A stretch of 64,000 nucleotides of DNA from Oopsacas minuta (GCA_024704765.1 JAKMXF010000310.1:558001-622000); one strand, 5' to 3'; counted from the stretch's first letter, positions 49,001 through 62,633 are shown. Notes: generated by a model not told the origin, from the letters alone. Program-made: numbers and translations.

Positions 49001-51051
49001 CAGCCTAACTTTGAAATTAATTGTGATAAGTCAATGATAGTGAGGAGAACTACACTATTAATAGAGATTGCTATTGAAATTTTCTATTTATCCCTGGTTC
49101 ACGCCGTTTGAGATGCTAAATGATGGGGTACATGTATTAGTACAAATATCAAAATCGGTATTAGTCTAAATTTTTGGTGATCGAATGCATGCATTCTCGG
49201 GGAAATCTCGTACCGAGGGAATATAGTCATTTACTTTTGTTGTTTTGAATCTAAATGCTCTCAGCAACTCGCAGTCTGCTCCAGATCCAACTCGAATCCA
49301 ATCAAACACCACACCAGTTATCCAAATAGTCTACTGAAATGCTTAGCTTATCAGCACAAGCCAATCTAGCTAGATAATCCATGAAAATTGCCAATTCTAG
49401 CACCTTCCAACGTGAGTTCTAATACCCTCAGCAACTACAGCCTGTTCTAGATCCAACTCACGCAAACATCACCAAAAATTTGGACTAATGCATACATACG
49501 AATTTGGACTAACGACGCGACGTCGTTAAAATGTAACTTTAGAGTAACGCACTAATATCCCTGGTCCAAATTCGACAAGTACTCGAATTTGGACCAGGGA
49601 TATTAGTGTGAGGCATAATTATGTTTACTATACTCATGCGATCATGCGAAGTGTAGTTTCTAATAACTTTGTAGTTAACATAAATGTACTAATTATACTT
49701 GAGCCATCCTGGAACACATTTTTATGCCGTAACCATTGAATTTTCGTTCTCAACACTTCCATATAATGTGTATTAGTGTATGAATCTATCCTCGCGAAGT
49801 ATCCATCTCCATTGCGTCTAAATCCTCTCCTGAATTTGTCACTTGAAACTTGTGCAATTGTAAATATGCTTACTACCTACAGATTCATGACGTTTTGATT
49901 AATTAGGTTATTCGAAAGTCAACAGAGCATTCAGAAGTCCTTCACCATTACTCGAAGAATCAATTATTTATGACCAGGTGAGTTATCCTGAGATGTTTCT
50001 TGATGACAATGTTTTCCAAAAGTCGGATACCGGACAACCGTCAGAATTAATTAAACCGAGTTTCCTCGATTCTCTAACTGACTGTCATAAACTACTTCAA
50101 GATTTCTGGCCTATGTGCTTTACATTGAATAGTGGTGAAACATATTTACAGTTAGTTGATCTAACAGTTTCTATTGAAGAAAGTCTACAGCGACTTTTCA
50201 ATTGTTTCAAACATTCTTATCCATCTCCTAACTCATTCTTAACTCTACAAGTTATAGGAGATTTGTATCAAACATACAAACCACAGAAGAGCTCTAAGAA
50301 GAAGGGAATGCAGTCTATTGATTGTAGAAACTCATTCACCAGTCAGGGAATAATGACGAGTAAGATCGTAAGAGTGAGTTTAAGAGCTGATACAGATGCT
50401 AGTTTGAATGAAGAGAAATTGGAAAGGTTTCTGTATGAAATGAGTCATTTATCTGAAAGTGAAATGTTCTATCTGAGCTGGGTTAGTTTTGTAAAAGGAA
50501 GTTTTCCAGTAATGAACCTGTCTGTCAGTGCACGTCATTCTGCCTGTATATTTCTTGTATATAAAAGAATTACTGAAAAAAAGAGTGTAGAAGTTGGCAA
50601 GTTTGTTCCTTCTCATCTACAAAAGATGCCTCATTTAGAAAAGCTTCTAGAAGAATTAGAAAGAATGCATGCTTCTGATACAATGACCATTTGTAACCTC
50701 ATGCTGGATAACTTAAGAATTTCTCGTAGTGGTAATGCTATTTCTTTGCCAGTCGTTAAAATAAAGAAACTCTCTATGCGATTAAAGTATATTGACTGTA
50801 TATTTGTTATTGGAAAGCAACATATTGGAATTACACCAAAAAAGCACCAAAGCTCAGAACCAGATAATTCCTCTGAGTTTTGGACATTTTCACAAGTTGG
50901 GGCTTGGTTTGTAAAACCGGGTGATGATATAGTATTTATCAAACTATCTCCTCATTCTAAATGCAAAGATTCTTTGATGTTTATATCTCCTAATACTGAT
51001 TTTATAGATGCTTTCTTTAAACATATTTTTGGTAAAGGAAGAAGGAAATAG
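46085..51051 (+). CDS. PH-domain + Tyr-motif linker + FERM-like protein, copy A; exons 46085-46577, 48171-48260, 49907-51051 (~575 aa)
   Basis: PH: KRGFLFMK..WERRWFQLHNTGVLKCY..LLEADCEECMERWAQLI. All junctions are GT-AG phase 1 and conserved in copy B. The C-terminal IFVIGKQHIGIT..FWTFSQVGAWFV..LMFISP resembles a FERM-C/PTB lobe; the FERM call is an inference. Confidence 0.7.
49550..49608. repeat. Perfect 26-bp-stem hairpin with a 7-nt loop
   Basis: cactaatatccctggtccaaattcga-caagtac-tcgaatttggaccagggatattagtg. Confidence 0.9.
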
Positions 51052-51659
51052 TTGTTGCGTGGTTCTGTTGAATTAGATTTTTATTTATTTATTTATTTTG
51101 TACAATTACGAGTAACTTGAATTTCTAATTATATTTGCAATTACATTTACATGTAACTTGGATTTCTAGCTATAATTACAACTACAGTCAAATCTGCCTA
51201 ACCGCCACCTCTGATAACGGTCACCTGTACATAGCGGCCAGCATTTTTGGTCCGTTGCTAGCGCTAAACCTGTATATAACGGCAACTTTTGGCTAGTCCC
51301 TTCGGTGGCAGTTATAGACAAGTTTGACTCTAGCTCGTTACACTTGTTAGGTCACTTCACGACATGAGACGCCCACACAACAACCGCTTCGGCATTACGT
51401 GCCTGAGAATTGCTGATTTCGCAGAGTATTGTATATATACGAGCCTTTGGCCCGTCGCTTCGCGATGAACTCGGCGCATTGCGCTTCGAGGTATTTCAAC
51501 GGACAAACAAACAGACAAAACAACAATTGAGATTTAATTATTGATATTGTTTACAATTCAGACTCAGCATACTCGAGTATAGCAGTATAGTCGTTGAAAG
51601 TACGTTTCTACAATAATTTTGAAATTTGTCTACTTTATGTACCTAAAAGTAAACAAATA

Positions 51660-51845
51660 CAGTAGAACTCGGATAAGACGTACTCGGCTTAAGACGTGCA
51701 CTCGGTTAAGACGTACTATTTCTTATATCCCAAAATATCAGTCATCACTATTTGTAATGCAAACATATTCGGATAAGACGTACACTCGGTTAAGACGTAC
51801 TAATTTCTGTTTCCCGAGGGGGTACGTCTTATCCGAGTTCTACTG
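51660..51845. mobile_element. Tc1/mariner-type MITE
   Basis: Terminal repeats cagtagaactcggataagacgtac and gtacgtcttatccgagttctactg, TA on both sides, internal actcggttaagacgt repeats; a related end lies near 3630. Confidence 0.82.
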
Positions 51846-51920
51846 TATTTACAATATGTTGTTTACAATACTATATTTGGGCTCAGCATACTCGAATACC
51901 CAAGTGTACAAGGTTGTTTT

Positions 51921-52130
51921 GTTGAAACTACTAGAAACTGCTGGAAACTGCTGGAAACTACTGGAAACTGCTGGAAACTGCTGGAAACTACTGGAAACTA
52001 CTGGAAACTACTGGAAACTGCTGGAAACTGCTGGAAACTACTGGAAACTACTGGAAACTACTGGAAACTGCTGGAAACTACTGGAAACTGCTGGAAACTG
52101 CTGGAAACTACTGGAAACTGCTGGAAACTG
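51921..52130. repeat. 10-bp minisatellite (CTGGAAACTR) x21
   Basis: Mixed ctggaaacta/ctggaaactg units embedded in a copy of the dispersed repeat family. Confidence 0.95.
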
Positions 52131-53314
52131 CTAGATTTCCAACAGTTTATTTGTTGTTTTTATGAGTATAGTAAACAAATTAGCTAAATTTCAAAATATA
52201 CATACGGGCTATACAGGAATAACACAGTACTCTGGATCCGAATTTTGCGTTTTAAAGTTTCTCGTATGTAAATTTATTGTTTTTATGAGTATAAAGTAAA
52301 CAAATTTCAAAATTGAGGTAGAATCATACTTTCAACGACAATCCTGGAGTAATCGAATACGCTGAGCCCGAATATGATATTGTTTTTTTGTTTGTCCGTT
52401 GATATGTACATTTACCGACAAGCTATTCTGAGAGCTCTCAGCGCTTAAGCTCTAGCGATCTCTTCAAGCTAATCTCAGACAAAGTGAATCTGAAGATAGA
52501 TCCACTGAGCGATTAGAGCACCAGCGAGCTCTTCAAGCTATTTCAGAAGCAAAGAGCCTGAGCACGAGCACAATTTTCGTCTGAAGTTTCGGGTTGAGTT
52601 ATATGCTAAAAGTAAGTCATTAACTTCTAAGAGATTTCTTAACTTAGCTCGATCGCTATTTAGAAATCAATATTACAAGAAAGTGAGTAATATTTATGGA
52701 AAATAACTCTAGATTTGGCAGCAAGACAATACAATTCTCTCGTTATACACCAATGACACAGTATTTTCTCTAAGACAGAAGAATTCAATATTACGAGAAC
52801 AACGAATTTAATTCCAAGATGAACACAGATCAGCGCGGAAGGGGCCGTATTAGCCTAAAAGTATTGAACTAACGAGACACAGATGCCTTTTTTGGAAACA
52901 TAATTGAGACGTATCGGCGGATAACAATGGATTTCTATGTAGAATATAAAGTATTGGCAGGAACTTTGCCAATAGCCACAGTAAAGGCAAAGCCAAAAAG
53001 GAGTCAACAGCTACATTCTAATAATTGCAACAAATTAAATGGATAGACCATTTAGAACAACAGTTAGTACAGTTACGTTACAGGTAGAGCAAATTTGTGA
53101 GATTCTTAAAACAGCTAAAACATATGTGTGTTTATATTTAGAGTGTACTAATATAGTATCTATATATTGGAATAGTGAAAATTATAAAATATGTATTTCC
53201 CTCAACTTGACTACCTAACGGAGTAGGGGTGCAATAATCTGATATCTGATATAGATCAGCCTACATTGGTGCATTTTTGTAGGTTTTATGCTAATTAGGA
53301 CGCAAATGGTCCAT

Positions 53315-53394
53315 CAAAACAACATTAACCCAAAACAACATTAAACCAAAACAACATTAAACCAAAACTATATTAAACCAAAACTATATTAAAC
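53315..53394. repeat. 16-bp tandem repeat x5
   Basis: caaaacaacattaaac-type units. Confidence 0.85.
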
Positions 53395-55804
53395 CAAATT
53401 GAATATTTACTGAATTTCAATGATACATTCCAAGTCTACATAGAACTAAATACCGCTCTATTTTAGATCAAGTTGATAAGTATACATTTTCCCGCTATTT
53501 CAATACTTTGATCGTCACTGATATGAATACTTAGCTTTGTAACTATTCACAAATGAATACTAATAATCAACAAGTTTCGAACAGAGGGGGAAGGGCTGGT
53601 CGCAGACCTGGGCGTGGTGGCCATAGCCATCCATTGTTAATGGAATTTCTAAAAACGTGCGAAAACATCATAATGGTAAGTACACATTGTAATTAGTACT
53701 AATTACAATCTATATAAATCAACCGTTCACCCTTTATTTCAATTTAGTGCGAAAATGGGAGCCGGCAAAGGGCTATGAGGAGGCGGCAACAACGCCGGCG
53801 CCGCCGCCAACAACCACCACCACCACAACAAATGTGTCTGTGTCTGTGTCTGTATTTCGTATTTTGTTTAGTTTGTGTGTTGTAATATCGTATAGAAATT
53901 AAATATATCTTACTTAGTATCAATTAAACAGCTTCAATGTAGAAAATTTGGGTATTAAGGAATTTATTTAACACTTAACTGTTGAGGTTATTGGGAGCCC
54001 GCTCCCAATACATCTCAAGTCTAATTTTCATAATGTCAATATCAGTAATTTAATGTTATGGTATAGGGCAAGAACTCAATCTCATACTCCTGATTTCACA
54101 TATTCAAGTTCCTCACATGTAAATTTATTGTTGTTTTTTCTAATATAAAGTAAACAAATTAACAAAATCTCAAAATTTACGTAGATACTTGCTCTCAGCG
54201 GCTACAAAGGGGGTTGATCTTACAAAATAATTCAATAATATATGCATTATACAGATATTTGTGAATTACATTGTTCTAAATATATCTATATTATAATACT
54301 CAAAGGGGCCGTCAATTTGGAGAATAATAGATACCTCGAGCCGCAATGCCCGAGTTCATCAGTTACCATAATTAAATGCTTTAGGCCACTGTTAGTTGGA
54401 AGCATCGCCCGCATCTGATTTGGCTACCGCACTAATATCGTCATTATTGTCATTATTTCACCATTTACTCAATGTATTTCTACTACAAGGTGTAAAACTG
54501 GCTAGCGTAAAATAGAAGTATCTTTTTCATAGTCTAGTCTATCTTCATCTCAAATTTGACTTTAGTAATTATAATATTTTGTATGAATGAAGTCAATGAA
54601 CCAATTTTCCAGCTGATACCTCACAAAATAATGAGATAATGATAAAGAACCCCCAGCCACCATGCATGTTCAGGTGGATCTAATGTGGAGCTGAAACAAG
54701 TTTCTCATTAACCGTTGCCTTAAGGGACTTTAAGGGTTAAATTGAGAAAACAAATATAGAACTTCAGGCTGAGGTTTGAGTTTCTGATCAAACAATGTGT
54801 ATGAAATATAAAAGAAGGTAATATAATAATTATGGAAAAGAAGGACAACAGCTGGAAATGAAGTAGCCAATTTGACTCCTAAAAGAGTCAAATTCGCTAC
54901 TTCATTTCCAGCTGTTCCTGAGTAAGGGGGCCGATCCTGGGGTACAAGGGTGGCTGTGCCCCCCCGATAATTTCTAAGGAGGGCGAGAGTATCGCTGTTG
55001 CAGATTGGGCCATGAGGCATTGACCCCAAATAAACAACTGAGGATTAACACATGATCCGTCACTGGGGTAAGTAATTATTCCTAATTTAATATCGTGTGT
55101 TCACAAAATATAGAATCACTAATCATCTACTGTAAAAGACATACAACAATGTAAGTTCTCAGCTACTCTCTACTCGGGAACAATTTTCATTTACTCGGCC
55201 TCTACCCGTGTAGAGGTTTAGTAGTTGAAACGGGTTCCTCTTTTTCCTAGCATTTTTGGGGTAAAAACCCGATTTCGACTTTATAATGTAATTATGTTTT
55301 TATTGGACTTCTTAACTAACTAGAACTAACCCGAAGACCCTTGGGACGATCTGGACAAACCTGGTTTGAGGAATGTGCAGTCCATGCTTCACAGGGGCAA
55401 TTTGCATTACTGGCGGCCCTGCGGAGTGTAGATAATCGAGATCATATACTACCATAATAGGCATATATTACAGAGGTGAAAGTAACCGTCAATGAATAAT
55501 ACAGAGACGTCAGTTTTATGACAATCAAATCTCGATTTTTGTGGATTGAACTTTTATGAGATTCATAAAACTGATCTCTCATTTTTATTCGTTGATTGGC
55601 TACTCCCCATCTGTATTATATAGTACGTAGTCTGTATCGAGATTTCAACCTCAGGTTAATAAATGCTTATCTTTCGAATCTGGTTCGACAATATTTCGAT
55701 TACAATTGTAAATATATTGTAAATATATTGAGCATATACTAATACAAAGCAACATTAATTAACAACCTTTCGTATTATATATTCCAAACAATATATATTT
55801 AGTA

Positions 55805-58800
55805 CTACTTTTTAACCAAGATTTGTTTAAAGTAAGCATCTATAAACCCAGCATTTGGAGATCGAAACATCAAAGTATCTTGGCTTTTAGAATGAGGTGA
55901 TAGTTTGATAAATACTACGTCATCACCCGGTTTTACAAACCAACCCTCAATTTGTGAAAATGTCCAAAACTCAGAGGAATTATCTGGTTCTAAGCTTTCG
56001 TTCATTTTTGGTGTAATTCCAATATGTTGCTTTCCAATAACAAATATACAGTCAATATACTTTAATCGCATAGAGAGTTTCTTTATTTTAACGACTGGCA
56101 AAGAAATAGCATTACCACTACGAGAAATTCTTAAGTTATCCAGCATGAGGTTACAAATGGTCATTGTATCAGAAGCATGCATTCTTTCTAATTCTTCTAG
56201 AATCTTTTCTAAATGAGGCATCTTTTGTAGATGAGAAGGAACAAATTTGTTCAATTCTATATTCTTGTTTCCAGGAACTCTCATGTATATGAGGAATATA
56301 CAGGCAGAATGACGTGCACTGACAGACAGGTTCATTACTGGAAAACTTCCTTTTACAAAACTAATCCAACTCATACAGAACATTTCACTTTCAGATAAAT
56401 GACTCATTTCATACAGAAACCTTTCCAATTTCTCTTCATTCAAACTAGCATCTATATCAGCTCTTAAACTCACTCTTACGATCTTACTCGTCACTATTCC
56501 CTGACTGGTGAATGAGTTTCTACAATCAATAGACTGCATTCCCTTCTTCTTAGAGCTCTTCTGTGGTTCGTATGTTTGATACAAATCTCCTATAACTTGT
56601 AGAGTTAAGAATGAGTTAGGAGATGGATAAGAATGTTTGAAACAATTGAAAAGTCGCTGTAGACTTTCTTCAATAGAAACTGTTAGATCAACTAACTGTA
56701 AATATGTTTCACCACTATTCAATGTAAAGCACATAGGCCAGAAATCTTGAAGTAGTTTATGACAGTCAGTTAGAGAATCGAGGAAACTCGGTTTAATTAA
56801 TTCTGACGGTTGTCCGGTATTCGATCTTGAATTTAAGAAAACATTGTCATCATGAAGCATCTCAGTATAATTCACCTGTTCATAAACATGAGACTCCTCG
56901 CGATATGGAGTTGAGTGAGATCGGGAAAGTTTCAAATTTCCTAAATTAACACAATGTCATAAATGTGTATGTACAAGCATTCAATTTTGAGATCCGTCGA
57001 CCTGAAATTGAGTTATTTTAATCTCAAAGATAATGTTGAGAAAACCACTATATTGTAAATGATTAATAGCAGTCTAACGTGGGTGCGGTATAGGGCAATT
57101 GTTTATATATGAACACCACTGTAAATTCTGAATGGAACAGGAAATAGCAATTAACGAGCTAAATACGACACGAAACAACAGCCGAGCGCATTGTATACAA
57201 ATTTAAATACAACACAATACGATAGACAAAAAGTATGATATGGAAAAGAAATAAAAGACGGAACAGGTTCGTATTCGTGTTCTGTCCTCTCAGCTCTAAT
57301 ACATGATATAGCATTCTCGTCATCATGCGTACCACCAGTAAACACCGGCGCTGCGCAAAATTGAAATTCGGGCTTGGTGGGTAACTTAGGCACCACTTCG
57401 CATAACTAAGCCAAAATACACGATTTTGTGATGGCTTGAGGAAAAAATTTCACCAAACCATCGTTATAGCGGAGTTTCGTTATATCCGACTTGTTCTACG
57501 TGAGTATACTGTAGATGATCAACAATCCAGCATTTCCGGATTTGTGGATTTCAATATCCCGGAAAACCTACCAAACACAGAATGGCCGTAGGAGACCGTC
57601 TGGTTGGTCAGGATTCAACCGGACCAACTTTAATGCCCGATAAATTTATATTGGCCAACCTGGCCACTAATTAGAATCTGGTGCATGGTGCTAGGTTCCT
57701 ATCCATCTTTTTTCTTGGCCAGACAAATGGTAACAAGTTACATCCGACGCAAATTACCCATTTAAATTACAAACATCCGTCCAGAGTTTGAGTTCACTCA
57801 GGTTGCAAGTTGCAAGTATGTATTCAATATACTTAAGTATGTATTCAATATACGTAAGTATGTATTCAATATACGTAAGTATGTATTCAATATACGTACT
57901 TACCTCTCTTCAATATACTTAAATCTAAATTCTGAACTGGAGAGAGATTTTCATAATTCACTCTTGTATCAGTTGCGCATGGTTTACGCGGAAGAAGAGA
58001 TGGGAGGAGAGTTTGTCTATGATCAGATTGATCGCAACTCCTGCTGTTTTGATGTTCAGCTAATGTCATTTTAAGTATAGTTTCATTCCCTGTAAATATA
58101 TATGTAATTACGAATAGTCTATGATTCGAGGCCTAAGCTCAATCGCTTCAAATAGTTTCCTTGGCAACGAACAAACATACAGACAAACAAAACTACAACA
58201 ATTGAGATTTTTTTGGTTTAAGAATGCTTACCAAAGTACTCATAGATCTTCTCAGCCTTCTCTTCATCATCATCTGATAACTGACCTGAACTTACTGAAT
58301 TAGAAGTAGAGTCACAATAACTGTACCCTGAATATTAGATAAGATTATTAAATATGCTACACGTGATCACGAGTCTCTGCTTTTAGTCAAATTGATTCAT
58401 TTTTGTATCGAGAAAATTTGTTTCGCTCAACTGGGGAAACTCTCCAGGAAACCAAAACCCATTAACCCAACACTGCTTGCAAATTTTTGGAATTTTTGAA
58501 TATCCAAAATGCTGAAAAAATGTCGAAATTGTTGAATGTGAATTTACTTCTAAATTCCGATTCATTAGATCAAGGATCCCGAACTTTTCGCTTGAGGGCC
58601 ATTTTTATCTTTAAAGGTTTGATGGCGGGCCGCATAATCTTGCTATAAATTTACACATTCATTCATAGTACGGAATTCAAAATATCATACATATTTGACT
58701 AGTACACTACAACTTAAATTGCTATAAAGTATACTACAAGTAGTATGAGATGTAGTGCTCTCTTAATTCACTAATTACTGTGCCAACTATACTTTAGTAT

Positions 58801-61152
58801 AGTGGGGGGCCCAATATTGAAATGAGCGGTTCTCTTCTTTTTTAATTTTTGTATGTGTACACTCCCCTGACCACGCCATTTGTGTTTCAGAGCCCCAAAG
58901 TTATACTCAAAGTCACTTATAATCTCTTGAGTATAGATTTAAGTTAAAATTACGACACAATTATCACACTTTTGACCATTTATATCACCACCAAAAATTT
59001 ATCCATAATTTCTTGACCAAAATACATTCTTAAGATTCACAAAGAAATTATTCAGATAATGGCTCTTCTAAATTTTTGAAACCACTCTTTGTTTCCCACA
59101 AATTAAAGAAATAGACGCCACTATCCAGCCATAATGTGCATCTAAAATAGGCCTGAATATTAATATAATGTGATGCTTTAACTTCTAATTCTATTAATTA
59201 AATTTGTTTAAAAAGTGGCAAGATTAATTGGAGGCACTATGGTATTGGGATTAAACATAACCTTTTATAGGCATCCAATTAATAGTGCCACTTTTAAAAC
59301 AAAATTACTTAATAGACTACGTCACTAAGCTGTCAGCACAGGGTGTAATTTTTTTTCTATTGTACTCTGATATTCGGAACACTAAAGTGAAACAGATAAT
59401 ATAGATTGTGAAATTCGAATCAAAAGCCGACAGGTCATGCCAGTGTTCATCTGTCATTCGTGACCTTTTTCGATTTAACTCTTCATTATTGAGATGGTCT
59501 ATTTAAATTATGATTCGCTTCGCTAGGGAACAATTCCGTCCAAACATTTGGCATAGTTATCAAGTGCAGAGCTGCCAAGTAAATTCAGAAAAATTTATGG
59601 AGAAACCAAATTTTTTACGGAGCATTTTAAAATCCCTTAATAACCCCCAACAGGTCGTAATTTGCTTTTACAAATGCCATTAGCTAATAACTTTCTATTA
59701 ATAATCAGTAATAAATGTAGATATATGGACGCTTTCGCGTTTGTAACAATAAGCTATAATCACTATCAACATGCAAAAAACTATCAAATACTATTATATA
59801 TGGTCGCAGTTAGATGTTAACCAAAATAATTACACGTACATGTAATTCGCTAGAAATATGTAGAAATAAGTCTTCATACGTAAATACGTAGATATGTAGA
59901 TATGTAGATAGCAGTCAAATTTACGTAGTCTACGTAAATTTACGGAGACTTGGCAGCACTGGTCAAGTCTCACGGATCTAAAGTGAGACTCACGTATTTG
60001 AACGCTATCTCACTTCCATTTTTACATTATCACTTTAATATTTAAGTGTAATTGAAGTTATTGCAGTGATTAATAACGAAATGAATACCCTTCCGCCATT
60101 ATGTTAGGTAGATATCCTATTAGCCATCCATTTAATTTCATAATCTAGCTAAATTCAATTGACATGGAACAAATCTCACCGATAGATTTTCATAAAATAT
60201 TCGAAGTTATCTGACAGTAGAAAGGCAACTAATGTTGTGTTAAATAGGGAATGTTGACCAGGGGCTTTGTCCCTGAACCCCAGTGTTCCCTCTAACTTTC
60301 GGGGGGACAGTACATCTGACAGGTGTGTTATCAAAATTCCGGTGGGTACAACCAAAAATTTGAGTGGTACTGGTAAAATGTGATAGATTCGGACAAATAT
60401 CCTGGGGATAGAACATTTAAGCGGAAATTCCGGAGGAATACTCCCGGATTCCTTAGAGGGAACACTGCTGGGCCCCGCTGATGGGATGTGACGTCCCCAG
60501 ACTCCCAGCTGGATAACTATCCTCTCACCAGCAATTCCTGAATCAGACACTGTACATAGTATTATTAACCATTTCAGGCTGGATTCCAGAAGGATATTAG
60601 AAATTGGAAGGCCCCTCTTCGGGATAGGATAATCAATCTAGTACTGTAACAACCTGGAGTAGATTTATGATTCGGAGACAAAGAATCCAGAGAAGGGGAA
60701 ATTTTTGACTTCACTTGTGGTTTAGGAGGTATCTTAGGTTTAGCTTGCTCAGCTTGCTCCATTACTTCATAGTAATCACTTTTTGAAGTTTTCACATTAT
60801 TAGGTTCCATTGAGAGAGATTTCAGTATTAATTGGGCCCATCTCTCCATACATTCCTCACAATCTGCTTCTAACAACATCTCCTCATCTCGCTCTCTCAT
60901 TCCCACAGACACTATCCAAGGCTTGCCAGGTATAGAAACTGGATAAATTACATCATCACGGGACACGTGTATAGATTTCAAGTCTATTCGAAATACCATT
61001 TGATCAGCATTGTAACTGTCATAGCACTTAAGGACACCAGTGTTATGCAATTGGAACCATCTACGTTCCCAGTCATTGTTCAATTCCTGTTGTTCTGTGT
61101 TCCCAGACAACATCTTCATGAATAAGAATCCACGTTTTAACACCTCACACAT
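55805..61152 (-). CDS. PH-domain + Tyr-motif linker + FERM-like protein, copy B; exons 60654-61152, 58232-58327, 55805-56940 (~576 aa)
   Basis: Inverted paralog of 46085-51051 with the same exon phases; the middle exon YSYCDSTS..LSDDDEEKAEKIYEYF is homologous to copy A. Confidence 0.7.
57814..57897. repeat. 21-bp tandem repeat x4
   Basis: aagtatgtattcaatatacgt units. Confidence 0.9.
59567..59961. mobile_element. hAT-like MITE
   Basis: Ends cagagctgccaagt and acttggcagcactg; flanks ATCAAGTG and GTCAAGTC (6 of 8). Confidence 0.55.
60281..60467. mobile_element. hAT-like MITE
   Basis: Perfect 15-bp ends cagtgttccctctaa and ttagagggaacactg; flanks CTGAACCC and CTGGGCCC (6 of 8). Confidence 0.7.
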
Positions 61153-62633
61153 AGCAAATTAAAGAATAAATAATTTAATCTTTCTTTAGTTTTTGCACCT
61201 TATATACTGTGAATAAATTCTATCAGTTTCACAGGCGATACTAGAAGAGGCGAGGGCATAGTTAGAGGCTATATAATATTATGTGTAAGCAAATGATATT
61301 TGATATTGATATCCAATAACCAAATGAATATTATGTCATTTGTCGGAGAGCAATTGCATGCTTACAATTTTTCTGTTTGTCCTTTTCTCTTATCTTGTCT
61401 TTCTGAATTGCGAAAAATTTCACGAAAAACAAGTGTTTAATAAAATAACTTTTAATTTACACTGTATGCCTTTATGATCAGTATTTTCTATTTATATAGT
61501 ATGCAAAATTTGAGAAGAGGAGTGTTAAGGAGTGCTAAGGAGCGTGCTCTGAATGACCGGTATAGCTTCCTGATGACAACTAATCAACGATTATTATAAA
61601 TATGCGAAGGCGCTACGCGGTTGCAAACACTTCGTGTCCACACTCGGGCCTACGGCCCTCGAGTACATAAACTCAAATAATCTTAACCGTAGGAGACATG
61701 ATACTGCCATAATCTTTAAATCTGATTACTTTATGTCCCAAAAAGTGAACAAATATTTATGAAATGTTGTTTACAATATCATATTTGGACTCAGCATAAC
61801 TATTCAAAGCATGTTTCTACCTCAATTTTGAAATTTTGTTTACTTTATATTCATTAAAACAACATTAAATTTCACATGATTAATCCAAAAGTGTGAAAAT
61901 CGGATTCAGCATGTTCGATATATTTAGTGAAGTTTTGTTGAATTCTATTTACTCCCTTTTTAAGCACGATAAATACATAGTTATGCGACAATTTCAAAAT
62001 TACATACTGTGATCTTTCCTTGAAAACTGACAAACAAACAGACAAACAACAATTGAGATTTAATAATTTAGATTATAACAATTTCCAAGAGATATATCTG
62101 TAACCAAGGGGTTAATAAAACAAAACAACAAATATTGACAATACGTAATTGAAGAAATAATATTTAGAATCGGCATACTCAATTTATTACAACAACAAAT
62201 ATTCACAACACATAGTTGAAATATCATATTCGGAATCAGCGTACTTAATAACCACTATATGTCTGTTGAGGCCAAGTCGCTAAGTATATTTTCGACATTT
62301 CAATTATTTGTTTACTTTATATTCATAAAAACAACAAGTAAATTTACATGTGATTAATTCGAAAGTGTGAAAATCGGAATGAGCATACTCGATTACCCCA
62401 ATGTAGTTGTTAACCTTTCCTATATCGTTAACAAAAGGATATGTTATTCCCTGTATTATATACTCAGGTCATCTTCCCTATCATTATAATATAAGGTGGA
62501 CAACAAACAAACAAACAAACACGCACATCCACAATAATTGAGTTTTAATAAAATAGATTTGTTAGGTTAAGGAAAATCGAATATTAATAAAATGACTTCA
62601 AAGTTTAAATATAACTAACAACTGAATTTTGTA

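Noticed and set aside
51921-52130. CRISPR-like array (also considered for 53315-53394 and 57814-57897)
   Set aside because: The units are contiguous with no unique spacers, there are no cas genes, and the context is eukaryotic.
51619-52134. 171-aa ORF with LLETAGNCWK repeats
   Set aside because: It is the translation of a MITE plus a 10-bp minisatellite whose period is not a multiple of three.
52420-53100. Possible LINE endonuclease remnant
   Set aside because: Only vague motif resemblance, in the wrong order, with stops in every frame.
60176-60550. 124-aa ORF as an extra exon of PH-FERM copy B
   Set aside because: Half of it is a hAT-like MITE (60281-60467), it has no counterpart in copy A, and the 3-exon model is phase-complete without it.
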